This document shows positions 8,760-17,485 of a stretch of DNA of 64,000 nt, in pieces. A program made the position numbers and the translations under genes. Every line of letters starts with the position of its first letter. Position 1 is the first letter of the stretch. The notes beneath the pieces were generated by a model. The model was not told the DNA's origin, made no database searches, and saw only the letters and a list, made by a program, of their open reading frames with translations. Origin of the DNA: Escherichia phage BP9; sequence record PP488543.1; one strand, written 5' to 3'.

Positions 8760-8957
8760 ATGAACGCCTACGGAATCAAAGTACGTCGCAACACTCGCCA
8801 GGTGGTCACCAATCAAGTGATTTGCCGGGCGGATGTAACCATCAACAACGGGCAAGGCCTTTATAAATTTCGTCGCGGTCATAGTTATACCCTGCAACAG
8901 CTTAATCGTTGCGCCCTGACAAAAGGCCAGATCAACCACTGGTTTAATAAAAAATAA
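8760..8957 (+). CDS. hypothetical protein (65 aa)
   Basis: ATG after GAGAGGATAAAAATC. Confidence 0.45.
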   Translation: MNAYGIKVRRNTRQVVTNQVICRADVTINNGQGLYKFRRGHSYTLQQLNRCALTKGQINHWFNKK

Positions 8958-8960
8958 GTA

Positions 8961-8989
8961 TTGACATATAGCCTGACACAAAATACACT
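8961..8989 (+). promoter_or_regulatory. sigma70-like promoter (TTGACA-17-TACACT)
   Basis: Consensus -35, 17-bp spacer. Confidence 0.4.
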
Positions 8990-9021
8990 AAAAGCACAAA
9001 AGACACTAAGAGGATAAAATC

Positions 9022-9420
9022 ATGAAAACCACTACCTTTAATTTTGACAATGCGGACTTTTCTTTTTCTGATGTCAAGAACTGCCGCCGTGATCGTGGAT
9101 TTTATAAGGCTTATAATCTGGTGGGCCTGGACGATGACAATAATTTGCACGAAGTAGCTGAGATCCGGTATTATGCCGCCGCCAGTGGGAACACTCACTA
9201 CTGCGTTTTTTGGATACACGACAACAAGAACAATAAGTACGGCTATACTGGCGGCAAGGCGAGCGGTCACGGTTATGATAAAGCTAACGCAGCACTTGAG
9301 AGCGCATTAAATGCTATGGGGATCACTGCCGACGGCTGGATCTACGAAGAAGAGTTTTTGTCGGCACTTGCTGACCGCCTGGGATATAAAAAGCACATTG
9401 TAACATGTGCCCACGAATAA
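9022..9420 (+). CDS. hypothetical protein (132 aa)
   Basis: ATG after AAGAGGATAAAATC. Confidence 0.55.
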   Translation: MKTTTFNFDNADFSFSDVKNCRRDRGFYKAYNLVGLDDDNNLHEVAEIRYYAAASGNTHYCVFWIHDNKNNKYGYTGGKASGHGYDKANAALESALNAMGITADGWIYEEEFLSALADRLGYKKHIVTCAHE

Positions 9421-9428
9421 AAAAATTA

Positions 9429-9456
9429 TTGACACGCTGCAAAATTCAAGTAAACT
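9429..9456 (+). promoter_or_regulatory. sigma70-like promoter
   Basis: TTGACA 9429-9434, TAAACT 9451-9456; followed by leader hairpin GGCGGGAA-TGT-TTCCCGCC (9467-9485). Confidence 0.4.
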
Positions 9457-9505
9457 ATACACAAAAGGCGGGAATGTTTCCCGCCAACACAAAGGAAAAA
9501 AGATC

Positions 9506-9901
9506 ATGAATAAGAACGTACGCCGCATCATGAACGAACTGGCAAACGATGAAAAAATTATTGATATGCATTTGGTCAACATTTGCCGCCGTTGTGTAAC
9601 ATACAACAACCGCGCCGCGAAAGCGCGTGAGATGAACGCAAAAGGCACCTTAAAGCCCTTTCAGGTGGTTGTAAAATCTATAACTAGCGCAGCAGGCCAG
9701 GCGCATGACCACAACAACGAGAGCGCTAATATTGATCCGTCTTACGTAATGAAACGGATCCGGACTTGCAAGAATAAAGAGCAGGTGTATAACGTCATAG
9801 ATTGGCTGGACTCCCTGGGCGATGTGGTTTACAATAGGTTTTCTGCAGCTATTGAGATTCAGTTAGACAGGTTGGACGGGAAAGTACTGAAAACTTACTG
9901 A
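9506..9901 (+). CDS. hypothetical protein (131 aa)
   Basis: ATG 9506 after GGAAAAAAGATC; in frame with track ORF 9407. Confidence 0.55.
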   Translation: MNKNVRRIMNELANDEKIIDMHLVNICRRCVTYNNRAAKAREMNAKGTLKPFQVVVKSITSAAGQAHDHNNESANIDPSYVMKRIRTCKNKEQVYNVIDWLDSLGDVVYNRFSAAIEIQLDRLDGKVLKTY

Positions 9902-9912
9902 GTTTATTTTTA

Positions 9913-9936
9913 GATGGCCTTGACTCCAGGGCCATC
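9913..9936. promoter_or_regulatory. palindromic element GATGGCC-N10-GGCCATC (copy 1)
   Basis: 7-bp inverted repeat; loop TTGACTCCAG carries a -35-like TTGACT; TAAACT about 18 bp downstream. Confidence 0.45.
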
Positions 9937-10098
9937 AATAAAGTAAACTAACCACAGTTGAGCGGAAAGGGGCTTAAAGATGAGTACTACACGCCAGCAC
10001 ACAAAGGTAACTATTATCGTTTGCATCATTGGTTACATCCTGGCGCAAATGTTGATGGGTAGCGCCAACGGTGTAGCAAAATTTTTCTTAAACTTTTA

Positions 10099-10126
10099 AT
10101 TGACAAGCTAACTTAAATCAGTATAC
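10099..10126 (+). promoter_or_regulatory. sigma70-like promoter (TTGACA-16-TATACT)
   Basis: Followed by leader hairpin GGGAA-AAC-TTCCC (10140-10152). Confidence 0.45.
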
Positions 10127-10178
10127 TTAAACACGTAAACGGGAAAACTTCCCAAAGCACACAAAAGGAGAAAACACT

Positions 10179-10520
10179 ATGACTACTATGACCGCCACAG
10201 AAAAAGCTATGCAGATCGCCGCGCTGAAAAAACAGATCGCAGACCTTGAGAACAAGATCGATAATTTTGAAATCGACGAGGACAAGTACGACGAAAACTA
10301 TGATGAATGGTTAGACGAGATCTATGGCGAAATTATGATCGGAAACATTTCTTTTCTTCCGTCGCGTATCCTCAAGGAGTTAGATCCTATCGCTTACCGC
10401 TGCGGATTTAGCGACTACATCGACAGCCTGGATATTGAGGACGATGAAGAATACCAGGAATTGCAAACAGAGCTTGAAGAAGTGAAAGAAGAGCTTGCAG
10501 AACTGGAAGAAAACGAGTAA
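10179..10520 (+). CDS. highly acidic coiled-coil protein (113 aa)
   Basis: RBS AAAAGGAG; very D/E-rich sequence (DEDKYDENYDEWLDEIYGE...EDDEEYQELQTELEE). Confidence 0.55.
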   Translation: MTTMTATEKAMQIAALKKQIADLENKIDNFEIDEDKYDENYDEWLDEIYGEIMIGNISFLPSRILKELDPIAYRCGFSDYIDSLDIEDDEEYQELQTELEEVKEELAELEENE

Positions 10521-10531
10521 ATTTATTTTTA

Positions 10532-10555
10532 GATGGCCTTGACTCCAGGGCCATC
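10532..10555. promoter_or_regulatory. palindromic element GATGGCC-N10-GGCCATC (copy 2)
   Basis: Identical to copy 1, directly after stop of 10179..10520. Confidence 0.45.
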
Positions 10556-10609
10556 AATAAAGTAAACTTTACACTGTTAACACTGAACTAATACAGAGGA
10601 GTTAAAACA

Positions 10610-10855
10610 ATGGCCGCACTAATTACCAAGTATTATGCCCCTACCAACACCAAAAGCGCCCGTATCATGGTAAAAGGCTTCGGACGTAAAAAGGTTTACA
10701 CCTGGGATTATGCCTTAGACACGGAAGACAACTACACCAACGCGATGACCGATTTTATTAATGATCTGAACACGCGGATCTTGACAAATTATCAAATTAC
10801 CGATATCGCCTATATAGGGGAAGGCGGAATCTGTTTTGTCGGTATCGTCAAATAA
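10610..10855 (+). CDS. hypothetical protein (81 aa)
   Basis: RBS AGAGGAG upstream. Confidence 0.5.
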   Translation: MAALITKYYAPTNTKSARIMVKGFGRKKVYTWDYALDTEDNYTNAMTDFINDLNTRILTNYQITDIAYIGEGGICFVGIVK

Positions 10856-10866
10856 GCTGGTTTTTC

Positions 10867-10890
10867 GGTGGCCCTGGTAGCAGGGCCATC
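10867..10890. promoter_or_regulatory. palindromic element, variant (GGCCCTG-N4-CAGGGCC)
   Basis: Related inverted repeat after stop of 10610..10855. Confidence 0.35.
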
Positions 10891-10930
10891 TATAAAGATA
10901 GTTTATCAACACAATGAAAGGAGAAAGTAC

Positions 10931-11278
10931 ATGATCAGCGGGGCTAGTTTTATTATTGGCGCTATTGCTACGGCTTTAATTGTAAACAAGATCCAGGATA
11001 AAAAGGAAAGTACCGCCCTTGCAGAATATCCATTTTGGACATTCAACGATAATGAAGATTATATTATAAAGTATAAAAATAAAGAAGGTGACCAAGTAAC
11101 ACCGCGACCGATCCCGGCTTACAAAATGCAGGAAACACTGTACCGCCTGGAAGCTGGGGGCGCAAAAATTGTAGACTTTTGGGGATACGATCACACAGAT
11201 CAGGAAGTTATAAAGCGCCGTATCCGGGCTATTCAGGCCAATATTGAAGTTAGCAAGGGGGGAATATATGAAGATTAA
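10931..11278 (+). CDS. membrane protein (115 aa)
   Basis: ATG 10931 after GAAAGGAGAAAG; N-terminal hydrophobic helix. Confidence 0.5.
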   Translation: MISGASFIIGAIATALIVNKIQDKKESTALAEYPFWTFNDNEDYIIKYKNKEGDQVTPRPIPAYKMQETLYRLEAGGAKIVDFWGYDHTDQEVIKRRIRAIQANIEVSKGGIYED

Positions 11279-11465
11279 TTTTGAAAAGATTTTAAAGCGA
11301 TCTCATGATTCCGAAGAGCTGCCGGAACGCCGCCAGCGGAACAATAAACTGAATAAGCCAAAAAGATTTGGGAAGATCTGGCGGAATCATTATGATCGTA
11401 AATTGCCGGGCCTACTTTTGGAACGTGAACGACAAGCGGAACGATACCGCCACAAAGACAAATAG
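11268..11465 (+). CDS. basic hypothetical protein (65 aa)
   Basis: ATG after AAGGGGGGAATAT; R/K-rich. Confidence 0.4.
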   Translation: MKINFEKILKRSHDSEELPERRQRNNKLNKPKRFGKIWRNHYDRKLPGLLLERERQAERYRHKDK

Positions 11466-11473
11466 CAACCAAC

Positions 11474-11499
11474 GCCCCGCCATTGTGCGGGGCTTTTTA
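11474..11499 (+). terminator. intrinsic terminator
   Basis: GCCCCGC-CATTGT-GCGGGGC followed by TTTTTATTT. Confidence 0.6.
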
Positions 11500-11709
11500 T
11501 TTCTATCCCGCCGATAGCGCCCCTGGTTGGCCCTACAAGCGCCATAAAGGCCCCTACCTATGCAATCCCCTTTATTAACCTGAAAACATCGCCCAGGGCC
11601 GTTTTATGGTGTTAAAATATTATTGACAGTGATTTTATTTAAAGCTTGACACCTTGGAATAGTCCGGATATACTAACCACATCAAAGCAAGAAGGAAGGA
11701 GTAAACACT

Positions 11710-11970
11710 ATGCGTAAATTAAAAAATTTTGATAAAGTTGATATTGTCCTGAATAATTTTTACTACTGCAATAACAAGGCCGTTTGGTGGCGCGATAGTT
11801 CCACCGATAAAGTCAAGGCGCGCTTTCTCCAAGGGCACTGGCAAGGCCGCCCAGTGATTAAAATCACGGGGCAATTGGTAGCGTTTAAAAATTGCCGCCG
11901 TGTTGATGACGTTGAAGAGATTTTAAACATTTTGCGCCACAATAATTTAAAAAATAGTGTTGACAAGTAA
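11710..11970 (+). CDS. hypothetical protein (86 aa)
   Basis: RBS GGAAGGAG; TTGACA-17-TATACT upstream. Confidence 0.5.
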   Translation: MRKLKNFDKVDIVLNNFYYCNNKAVWWRDSSTDKVKARFLQGHWQGRPVIKITGQLVAFKNCRRVDDVEEILNILRHNNLKNSVDK

Positions 11971-11987
11971 ATCTCAATAAGTATAAT
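11960..11987 (+). promoter_or_regulatory. sigma70-like promoter (TTGACA-16-TATAAT)
   Basis: Followed by leader hairpin GGCGGGAA-AAC-TTCCCGCC (11998-12016). Confidence 0.5.
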
Positions 11988-12044
11988 TAAATACACAGGC
12001 GGGAAAACTTCCCGCCACTAACAAAGAAAACAGGAGAAAATATC

Positions 12045-12668
12045 ATGACCACCGTTAACATTACCACAGGTTACAATTTATCTTTCGACGTGCTGACCGA
12101 CGAACAAAAAGAAAAAGCCGTTGAAATGGTCCGCGAAAGAGAAGAACACAGCGGGGATAACTTTTTTCCAGAAAGTGTAATTGAAGACTATAAAGAATAT
12201 GTCTTTCCAGAGTATGGCCTTGAAGATACCGAAGTACATTGGTCCGGCTTTTGGTGCCAGGGTGATGGCGCGTCAATCAGTGCTGAAAACGTGGATTTAG
12301 AAAAATTCTTGCGTAAGGTCAAGTCTTTGACTAAATTCCGCTCAATTCGTCACTTGTTCGGCACAATGCACGATGGCGAGCTATCCGCAAGCGTTGAGCG
12401 TGATCCATATAGCCGCTATAGTCACGAAAACACTGTAAGCGGGTACATCGATACTACATGGCTAGACCTGACAGCCAAGCAAGAAAGTAAGGTTGAAGAG
12501 CTGGAAGAGCTGATCACCGAGACGGTACGGGAGCTATCCCGCAAGGTTTACGTAGACCTGGAGCAAGCTTATCTTGAACAATTTACTACCGAAAACCTGA
12601 TCGGCCTTATCGAGGCCAATGATTGGCGGTTTGATGTGGATGAATATGGCGAGATGACTTTTTCATAA
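12045..12668 (+). CDS. hypothetical acidic protein (207 aa)
   Basis: RBS CAGGAG upstream. Confidence 0.55.
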   Translation: MTTVNITTGYNLSFDVLTDEQKEKAVEMVREREEHSGDNFFPESVIEDYKEYVFPEYGLEDTEVHWSGFWCQGDGASISAENVDLEKFLRKVKSLTKFRSIRHLFGTMHDGELSASVERDPYSRYSHENTVSGYIDTTWLDLTAKQESKVEELEELITETVRELSRKVYVDLEQAYLEQFTTENLIGLIEANDWRFDVDEYGEMTFS

Positions 12669-12757
12669 ATAAAGTGTTGCAATAACCTAAAAACCTGCTA
12701 TATTAAAACTCAAGGGGCAAGACGTTTGCCCCCACACAAAACAAAGAGGAAAACATC

Positions 12758-13138
12758 ATGAAAAACACCACTAAAGCTATTGACACCGTTATGTTTAACC
12801 TGGTTACCTTTCGCGAGGATATGAAAGATCTTCCGCGTGAAACAGTGTGCGACCATATCGAAAACTATCGCAAACTAATCAAAGAGTTGCCTTTAAAACG
12901 TGATCAGTATGCGGCTAACGCCATGCTTAATGCCATGATCAAAAAGATGATCCAGTGTGATTTAACTCTGGCCTATGACTATGCGGGTGGTCGTTTTGCA
13001 GTATACAATCAGCCCGTGCCAGGTATGGGCACCACCGAAGAATTGCACGCGCTCAATCTAAAACAAGACGTGTGGGATAGTATGCCTCGCGTGGTGGTAT
13101 GGGTAGAAAGCGGAAAGATTTACGGCGATAATTTTTAA
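12758..13138 (+). CDS. hypothetical protein (126 aa)
   Basis: TTGCAA-17-TATATT promoter-like, leader hairpin GGGGCAAG-ACG-TTTGCCCC, RBS AAGAGGA. Confidence 0.55.
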   Translation: MKNTTKAIDTVMFNLVTFREDMKDLPRETVCDHIENYRKLIKELPLKRDQYAANAMLNAMIKKMIQCDLTLAYDYAGGRFAVYNQPVPGMGTTEELHALNLKQDVWDSMPRVVVWVESGKIYGDNF

Positions 13139-13148
13139 TCAGGTAACA

Positions 13149-13174
13149 GGCGGCATATTTGCCGCCTTATTGTT
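13149..13174 (+). terminator. intrinsic terminator
   Basis: GGCGGC-ATATTT-GCCGCC followed by TTATTGTT. Confidence 0.5.
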
Positions 13175-13202
13175 AATCAGAACTGTAAAAGAGGTACATA
13201 GA

Positions 13203-13574
13203 ATGGAATTTATTATTTTGGCTGTACTGGTTGCCTTGTTTAACGCCTGGATCGCTGGCAAGATGGGAAGATCCGCCTTTTTATGGTTTATTATATCTAT
13301 TTTCCTGGGGGTGGTTGCAACTATTGTATTGGTTATCCTTGCAATTGTTGACAAGGGGAATAATAGAAAGGGTAAAGTATTTTCAGACCTGTACGACGCT
13401 CAAACGTTTGTCAACGCCTATTATAGTGATCTTCCGGTCTCCTTGCGTTGCAGCCTTGCACAACAAGTTTTCGATGAAGCTAAAACCAGAGATCAAGCCC
13501 ATGAGATATGTTTAACTGAGGCGGATCGCCTATTTGAGAGGAATAGAAAATATGTGGGCCAACCGTTTAAATAA
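13203..13574 (+). CDS. membrane protein (123 aa)
   Basis: ATG 13203 after AAAGAGG; two hydrophobic helices. Confidence 0.5.
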   Translation: MEFIILAVLVALFNAWIAGKMGRSAFLWFIISIFLGVVATIVLVILAIVDKGNNRKGKVFSDLYDAQTFVNAYYSDLPVSLRCSLAQQVFDEAKTRDQAHEICLTEADRLFERNRKYVGQPFK

Positions 13575-13797
13575 TGCCACGTTAATTAATCCCTTTGGTG
13601 AAGATTTGAAGCCAGCCGCCTGGCGTGACGGATTCAATAACGAACGCTTTATTTTCAGGCCTGATCTTGAGGAATTTTATAACAATGGATCGAACAACAG
13701 CGGAGATAATTTTTCTTGTAATGTGCGTGGTGATGGTACTCCTGGGTGCCATTGTAAACCACGTCACTACTACCAGAAGGGAAGGGGGAGACGATGA
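13552..13797 (+). CDS. hypothetical protein (81 aa)
   Basis: ATG after GAGAGGA; overlaps previous gene end; frame choice uncertain (alternative 13625..13810). Confidence 0.3.
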   Translation: MWANRLNNATLINPFGEDLKPAAWRDGFNNERFIFRPDLEEFYNNGSNNSGDNFSCNVRGDGTPGCHCKPRHYYQKGRGRR

Positions 13798-13913
13798 CAC
13801 CCAAGGATAAGCCCCGCACCGATAAGGTGCGCCGCGTTATGGTATGGCTTGAGATTATCGCCCTTGAAATATTGCTAGGCGTAGGGATGTACTTTATCGC
13901 TGTAAGTAACTAA
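13794..13913 (+). CDS. small membrane peptide (39 aa)
   Basis: ATGA coupling, RBS GGGAGGGGGAG, single hydrophobic helix; not in track. Confidence 0.3.
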   Translation: MTPKDKPRTDKVRRVMVWLEIIALEILLGVGMYFIAVSN

Positions 13914-13917
13914 GAAC

Positions 13918-13944
13918 GGCCCCCGATCATGGGGGCCTATCTTT
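13918..13944 (+). terminator. intrinsic terminator
   Basis: GGCCCCC-GATCAT-GGGGGCC followed by TATCTTT. Confidence 0.5.
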
Positions 13945-14053
13945 AAAAAAAAAAATTCTTCCGTGGTGTTGCAATCCGGTCCGGAATGTGGATAATAACA
14001 ATCAACGGGGGAGCTAATCCCCACCACCACAAAAACCAGAAAGGAGAAACAAA

Positions 14054-14254
14054 ATGAGCAACAATATCCGCGTTATTAACTTCAAAAAAGAAGAAAAAAT
14101 TGCCGTGCTGATTGACGGTCAAGAAATCTTCAAGGGCGACTATGAAGATCATCAAACGGCGATTAGTATCACTCGCGTAATTGGTTATCATAATTTCTAC
14201 CCCCAAGGTGCTGAGGCAGCAGTTAAACGAATCAAAGAGATTGTAGGCCTGTAA
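14054..14254 (+). CDS. hypothetical protein (66 aa)
   Basis: Promoter-like TTGCAA..ATAATA, leader hairpin GGGGGAGCTAATCCCC, RBS AAAGGAG. Confidence 0.5.
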   Translation: MSNNIRVINFKKEEKIAVLIDGQEIFKGDYEDHQTAISITRVIGYHNFYPQGAEAAVKRIKEIVGL

Positions 14255-14266
14255 AATTTATTTTTA

Positions 14267-14290
14267 GATGGCCTTGACTTCAGGGCCATC
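14267..14290. promoter_or_regulatory. palindromic element GATGGCC-N10-GGCCATC (copy 3)
   Basis: One loop mismatch (TTGACTTCAG); directly after stop of 14054..14254. Confidence 0.45.
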
Positions 14291-14345
14291 AATAAAGTAA
14301 ATTTAAACCCTGTTAAAATAATCAGTGCAAAAAGGAGTAATGATC

Positions 14346-14645
14346 ATGTTTATACCCGCCAATAATCTTTATTTCTTTGATGGTCAGATCGTAGACGGTG
14401 TGGAAGTGGAGATCACTGGGTGCCCTGGTGGTCAGGCTATGACTTTTCGGAATAATGCCTTTGATGATTCTCATATCGTTATGAGAATGGAAGTTACAAA
14501 GCTGGACGACAAGAAAACGCTCATTGACTATTCCGTGAAAGATCATCCAGACTACCACATGATCTATGGTGATTTGTGCATTGTTGACCGTGACAAGGTG
14601 GGCGGCATTGTGATCGCTATTGTGAACGATGTTTTCTCTGTATAG
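14346..14645 (+). CDS. hypothetical protein (99 aa)
   Basis: ATG 14346 lies 8 nt after AAAGGAG; track start 14325 is GTG. Confidence 0.5.
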   Translation: MFIPANNLYFFDGQIVDGVEVEITGCPGGQAMTFRNNAFDDSHIVMRMEVTKLDDKKTLIDYSVKDHPDYHMIYGDLCIVDRDKVGGIVIAIVNDVFSV

Positions 14646-14868
14646 TTCCGGCAAATGATGCAAAATAAGGCCCCTAGCAGGGCCTGCAGCGATATAATCA
14701 CATAAAGGCTATGCGGTTGCATGGCCTTTATTATTTTGGCGTTACAGCGGTCCCCAAGGCGCTTAAAAAATTTTAAAGAAGTACTTGCATCAAGCCCTAC
14801 AATATGGATAATAGTACGTGTCAGGGGGGCGGCCCCAATCATTAACCGGATAGATAGGAGTTAAAATC

Positions 14869-15153
14869 ATGGCTATTGTTACCGTTGGCGATGTAGTGGA
14901 AATGGAAGCAAAATACTTAAAAGCGGGTATGCATATCCTTCGGAACGATCAAGAAATGTTATTGACTATGGTTGACTATAATCCGGGGCAGGATTATCCT
15001 AGCGTTGACTACTTTTTCCAGTATGTTGATGAAGAATTAAAAGAGGATGAGGCTTATCAGGGTGAATTTTGTAATTTCTTTTGCCCTGACGAGGTTGTAA
15101 AAGTTATCTATCAACCTGGCGTACCTTTCCCGCTACACGCTATCAATAAATAA
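14869..15153 (+). CDS. hypothetical protein (94 aa)
   Basis: RBS TAGGAG upstream. Confidence 0.5.
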   Translation: MAIVTVGDVVEMEAKYLKAGMHILRNDQEMLLTMVDYNPGQDYPSVDYFFQYVDEELKEDEAYQGEFCNFFCPDEVVKVIYQPGVPFPLHAINK

Positions 15154-15212
15154 ATAAACCTGGCGGGGCCGAAAAGGCCCCCAATTATGAAAATAAAGAG
15201 AGGCAAATCATC

Positions 15213-15446
15213 ATGATGGAACAAATTAAACGCGCTGAGGCTATTAATGGCAATGTGATCTATTTTGTCAGCAAAAACGAAAAAGGCGTACCCTATGCGG
15301 CGGTAATAGTACAGCCTGACGGAGATTATTGGTGCACTGTGTACGGCGCTTATTCTTTTGGGCGTCCAGTGCATGATAAAATTTTGAAAGTAGCGAACCC
15401 TACCGGGAAAAATATCACAGCAGAAAAATTTTTTGAAAAGTGTTGA
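15213..15446 (+). CDS. hypothetical protein (77 aa)
   Basis: RBS AGAGAGG upstream. Confidence 0.5.
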   Translation: MMEQIKRAEAINGNVIYFVSKNEKGVPYAAVIVQPDGDYWCTVYGAYSFGRPVHDKILKVANPTGKNITAEKFFEKC

Positions 15447-15521
15447 CATGACCATATAAGACTGTAGTATATAAATCAAAGGGGGCAACAAGCCCCACCA
15501 ACCACAAAGAGGATAAAAATC

Positions 15522-15701
15522 ATGGCTATTATTGCAAAAACTGAGATCGTAGGCTTAGATTCTATTCTCCTCGCATATGAGGAAGCTATAGAAATGTATG
15601 TTGTTTCCTATGGTGAGTATATCCGTGAATATAAATCTATTGATCTGGCTTTTGAATGTTATATTCGCCAGGTAAATAAAGCATATGATGATTATCGTTA
15701 A
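15522..15701 (+). CDS. hypothetical protein (59 aa)
   Basis: Promoter-like TTGACA, leader hairpin GGGGCAACAAGCCCC, RBS AAGAGGA; not in track (<60 aa). Confidence 0.45.
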   Translation: MAIIAKTEIVGLDSILLAYEEAIEMYVVSYGEYIREYKSIDLAFECYIRQVNKAYDDYR

Positions 15702-15775
15702 AATAGTTTGACAACAATTACAAATCGGGTAGAATGTATTTCGTAGGGCGGCAATGATGCCGCCAACATGACAGA

Positions 15776-16039
15776 ATGAAAAACATCATCTACAGATTGA
15801 CAAAACGCAACATTATGATCGCCACCGTGATCGCTTGCCTTTTCGCTTTCGTGAGTAACGCAACGTTTAACGCCGTGGGCGGGGTGGTGTTTAATGCTGG
15901 CAGCGTTTCAACAGCTAACACAATGATCGATTGTTTGCAACTTTTCTTTTATGTTGCCTTTCGTTTAAAAATAGCTTGCAAGTTAGACCGTTTTGATTTA
16001 CCTTTTATTTGTGGCGGCGTGATCGCTATCGTATGCTAA
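15776..16039 (+). CDS. membrane protein (87 aa)
   Basis: TTGACA-17-TAGAAT promoter-like, leader hairpin GGGCGGCAATGATGCCGCC; hydrophobic. Confidence 0.4.
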   Translation: MKNIIYRLTKRNIMIATVIACLFAFVSNATFNAVGGVVFNAGSVSTANTMIDCLQLFFYVAFRLKIACKLDRFDLPFICGGVIAIVC

Positions 16040-16150
16040 CAGAGGATCAGAAGATGGTTAAAAATAATTGTTGACACCAGGCGCGGATCTGGTAAAGTGT
16101 ACGACATAGGGCGGGGCAATAAGGCAACGCCCATTAATGAGGGTGGAATC

Positions 16151-16255
16151 ATGTTAGAAAAAATTTTCACGGTTGTAGTAGTTGGCATGGCATTATCGGT
16201 TGGAGTGGTTGCAACTATGGCTAACATGATCCTATCTTCCCACGGTATCGGATAA
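16151..16255 (+). CDS. small membrane peptide (34 aa)
   Basis: Promoter-like TTGACA at 16072, leader hairpin, RBS GAGGGTGG; antisense track ORF 16036..16227 judged spurious. Confidence 0.25.
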   Translation: MLEKIFTVVVVGMALSVGVVATMANMILSSHGIG

Positions 16256-16265
16256 GGTGAAACAA

Positions 16266-16481
16266 ATGATCACGAACAAAACAGGCAAAACGGAATTTTT
16301 ACGCGGCTTGCAAATAGGTAAGCCTGAGATCTGGTATTGCACTAAAACACCACGTGACGAAATGAAAGATTTTACCGCCACGCTGAAGCGGGTAAAGATA
16401 TCTATCACGCAGAAAAAAGCCTTGATAGTGGTGGAAGGTGAGATCCCTAAAGCCGTTGTTATAGTTGAGCGTACAGCATAG
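16266..16481 (+). CDS. hypothetical protein (71 aa)
   Basis: ATG 16266 after AAGGTGA. Confidence 0.45.
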   Translation: MITNKTGKTEFLRGLQIGKPEIWYCTKTPRDEMKDFTATLKRVKISITQKKALIVVEGEIPKAVVIVERTA

Positions 16482-16570
16482 TTTAATTTATACCGTACGC
16501 CCCATTAACTAACAAAGCATAAACAGGCGGCGGTAACCGCCTTAAACGCAGCAGAAAGAGGATAGACAGC

Positions 16571-16855
16571 ATGAAAAAGATGATCGCAGTGGTTGCCCTG
16601 GTTGTTGGACTTAATGCGCCTGTAATGGCTAAAGAGATGGCAAAAGAGGTAGATCTAACTGATATCCATGCCGTCAATCAAATCGGTGTTACTTATCGCT
16701 TATGCCTTGCCGCTAAAACTTTTAAGGACGGCACGACAGAGTACTACGGATTCGAGGGCATCCGGTGCGGTGAGCTTGCTCGCGACCTTAAAGAAGATCC
16801 AGACCTGGAGGATCTGCCGATAACCGTAAACGGGAAAACTTACGTGAACCGTTAA
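16571..16855 (+). CDS. secreted/periplasmic protein (94 aa)
   Basis: RBS AAGAGGA; N-terminal signal peptide MKKMIAVVALVVGLNAPVMA; two Cys. Confidence 0.55.
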   Translation: MKKMIAVVALVVGLNAPVMAKEMAKEVDLTDIHAVNQIGVTYRLCLAAKTFKDGTTEYYGFEGIRCGELARDLKEDPDLEDLPITVNGKTYVNR

Positions 16856-16857
16856 CC

Positions 16858-16992
16858 ATGAGAAAGATAATTATTACCATGGGGATCGTGGCGGCAATGT
16901 TGGCGATCTTTCCCTTTATGGTTAGGTATGTGCTGATCAGTGTTGTCCTGATAGTCAGTGATCTATTGGAAACGGTTGGCACCTTGTTTTAA
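16858..16992 (+). CDS. small membrane peptide (44 aa)
   Basis: Starts 3 nt after previous stop; two hydrophobic segments; not in track. Confidence 0.25.
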   Translation: MRKIIITMGIVAAMLAIFPFMVRYVLISVVLIVSDLLETVGTLF

Positions 16993-17005
16993 AGAGCGAT
17001 AAAAA

Positions 17006-17197
17006 ATGAATATCGAACAAGTTAGAAAGGTATTAGCGGTACTGCGTTATCATAATCATAGAAAGGTCATAGACGATCCTGATTATGTTGATTCAAGCCT
17101 GGAAGGGGATACACTACAAGCCATAAGTAACATGCAAGAATTGCTTAAACGTATGACAGAGAAGAACAGATCAGATTATATTGGCGATAAGATTTAA
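17006..17197 (+). CDS. hypothetical protein (63 aa)
   Basis: ORF in co-directional block; weak RBS. Confidence 0.4.
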   Translation: MNIEQVRKVLAVLRYHNHRKVIDDPDYVDSSLEGDTLQAISNMQELLKRMTEKNRSDYIGDKI

Positions 17198-17281
17198 AAT
17201 AGCTTGCATGATGTGCCGGATAGTGTAAGATGTGTTTTGTAGGGCGGCAATGGTGCCGCTCACCACTGGAAGGAAAACACC

Positions 17282-17485
17282 ATGACTACAGCTAACCGCC
17301 TGATCGCCGTCCTGAACAAAGCAAAGGCTAACCGCCTGGATGTTCAAATCAAAGAGCAAGCAAATGGCGAGATCCTTGCTACGGTGTCCGATGGCGGTTA
17401 TGTGTCGGAATCATTTTTATCAGGGAGCTTAGATCATCTTGTTTGGAAATTAGAAATTATCGTGGAGGATATGCAGATCATCTAA
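17282..17485 (+). CDS. hypothetical protein (67 aa)
   Basis: TTGCAT..TAAGAT promoter-like, leader hairpin GGGCGGCAATGGTGCCGC, RBS GGAAGGA. Confidence 0.5.
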   Translation: MTTANRLIAVLNKAKANRLDVQIKEQANGEILATVSDGGYVSESFLSGSLDHLVWKLEIIVEDMQII

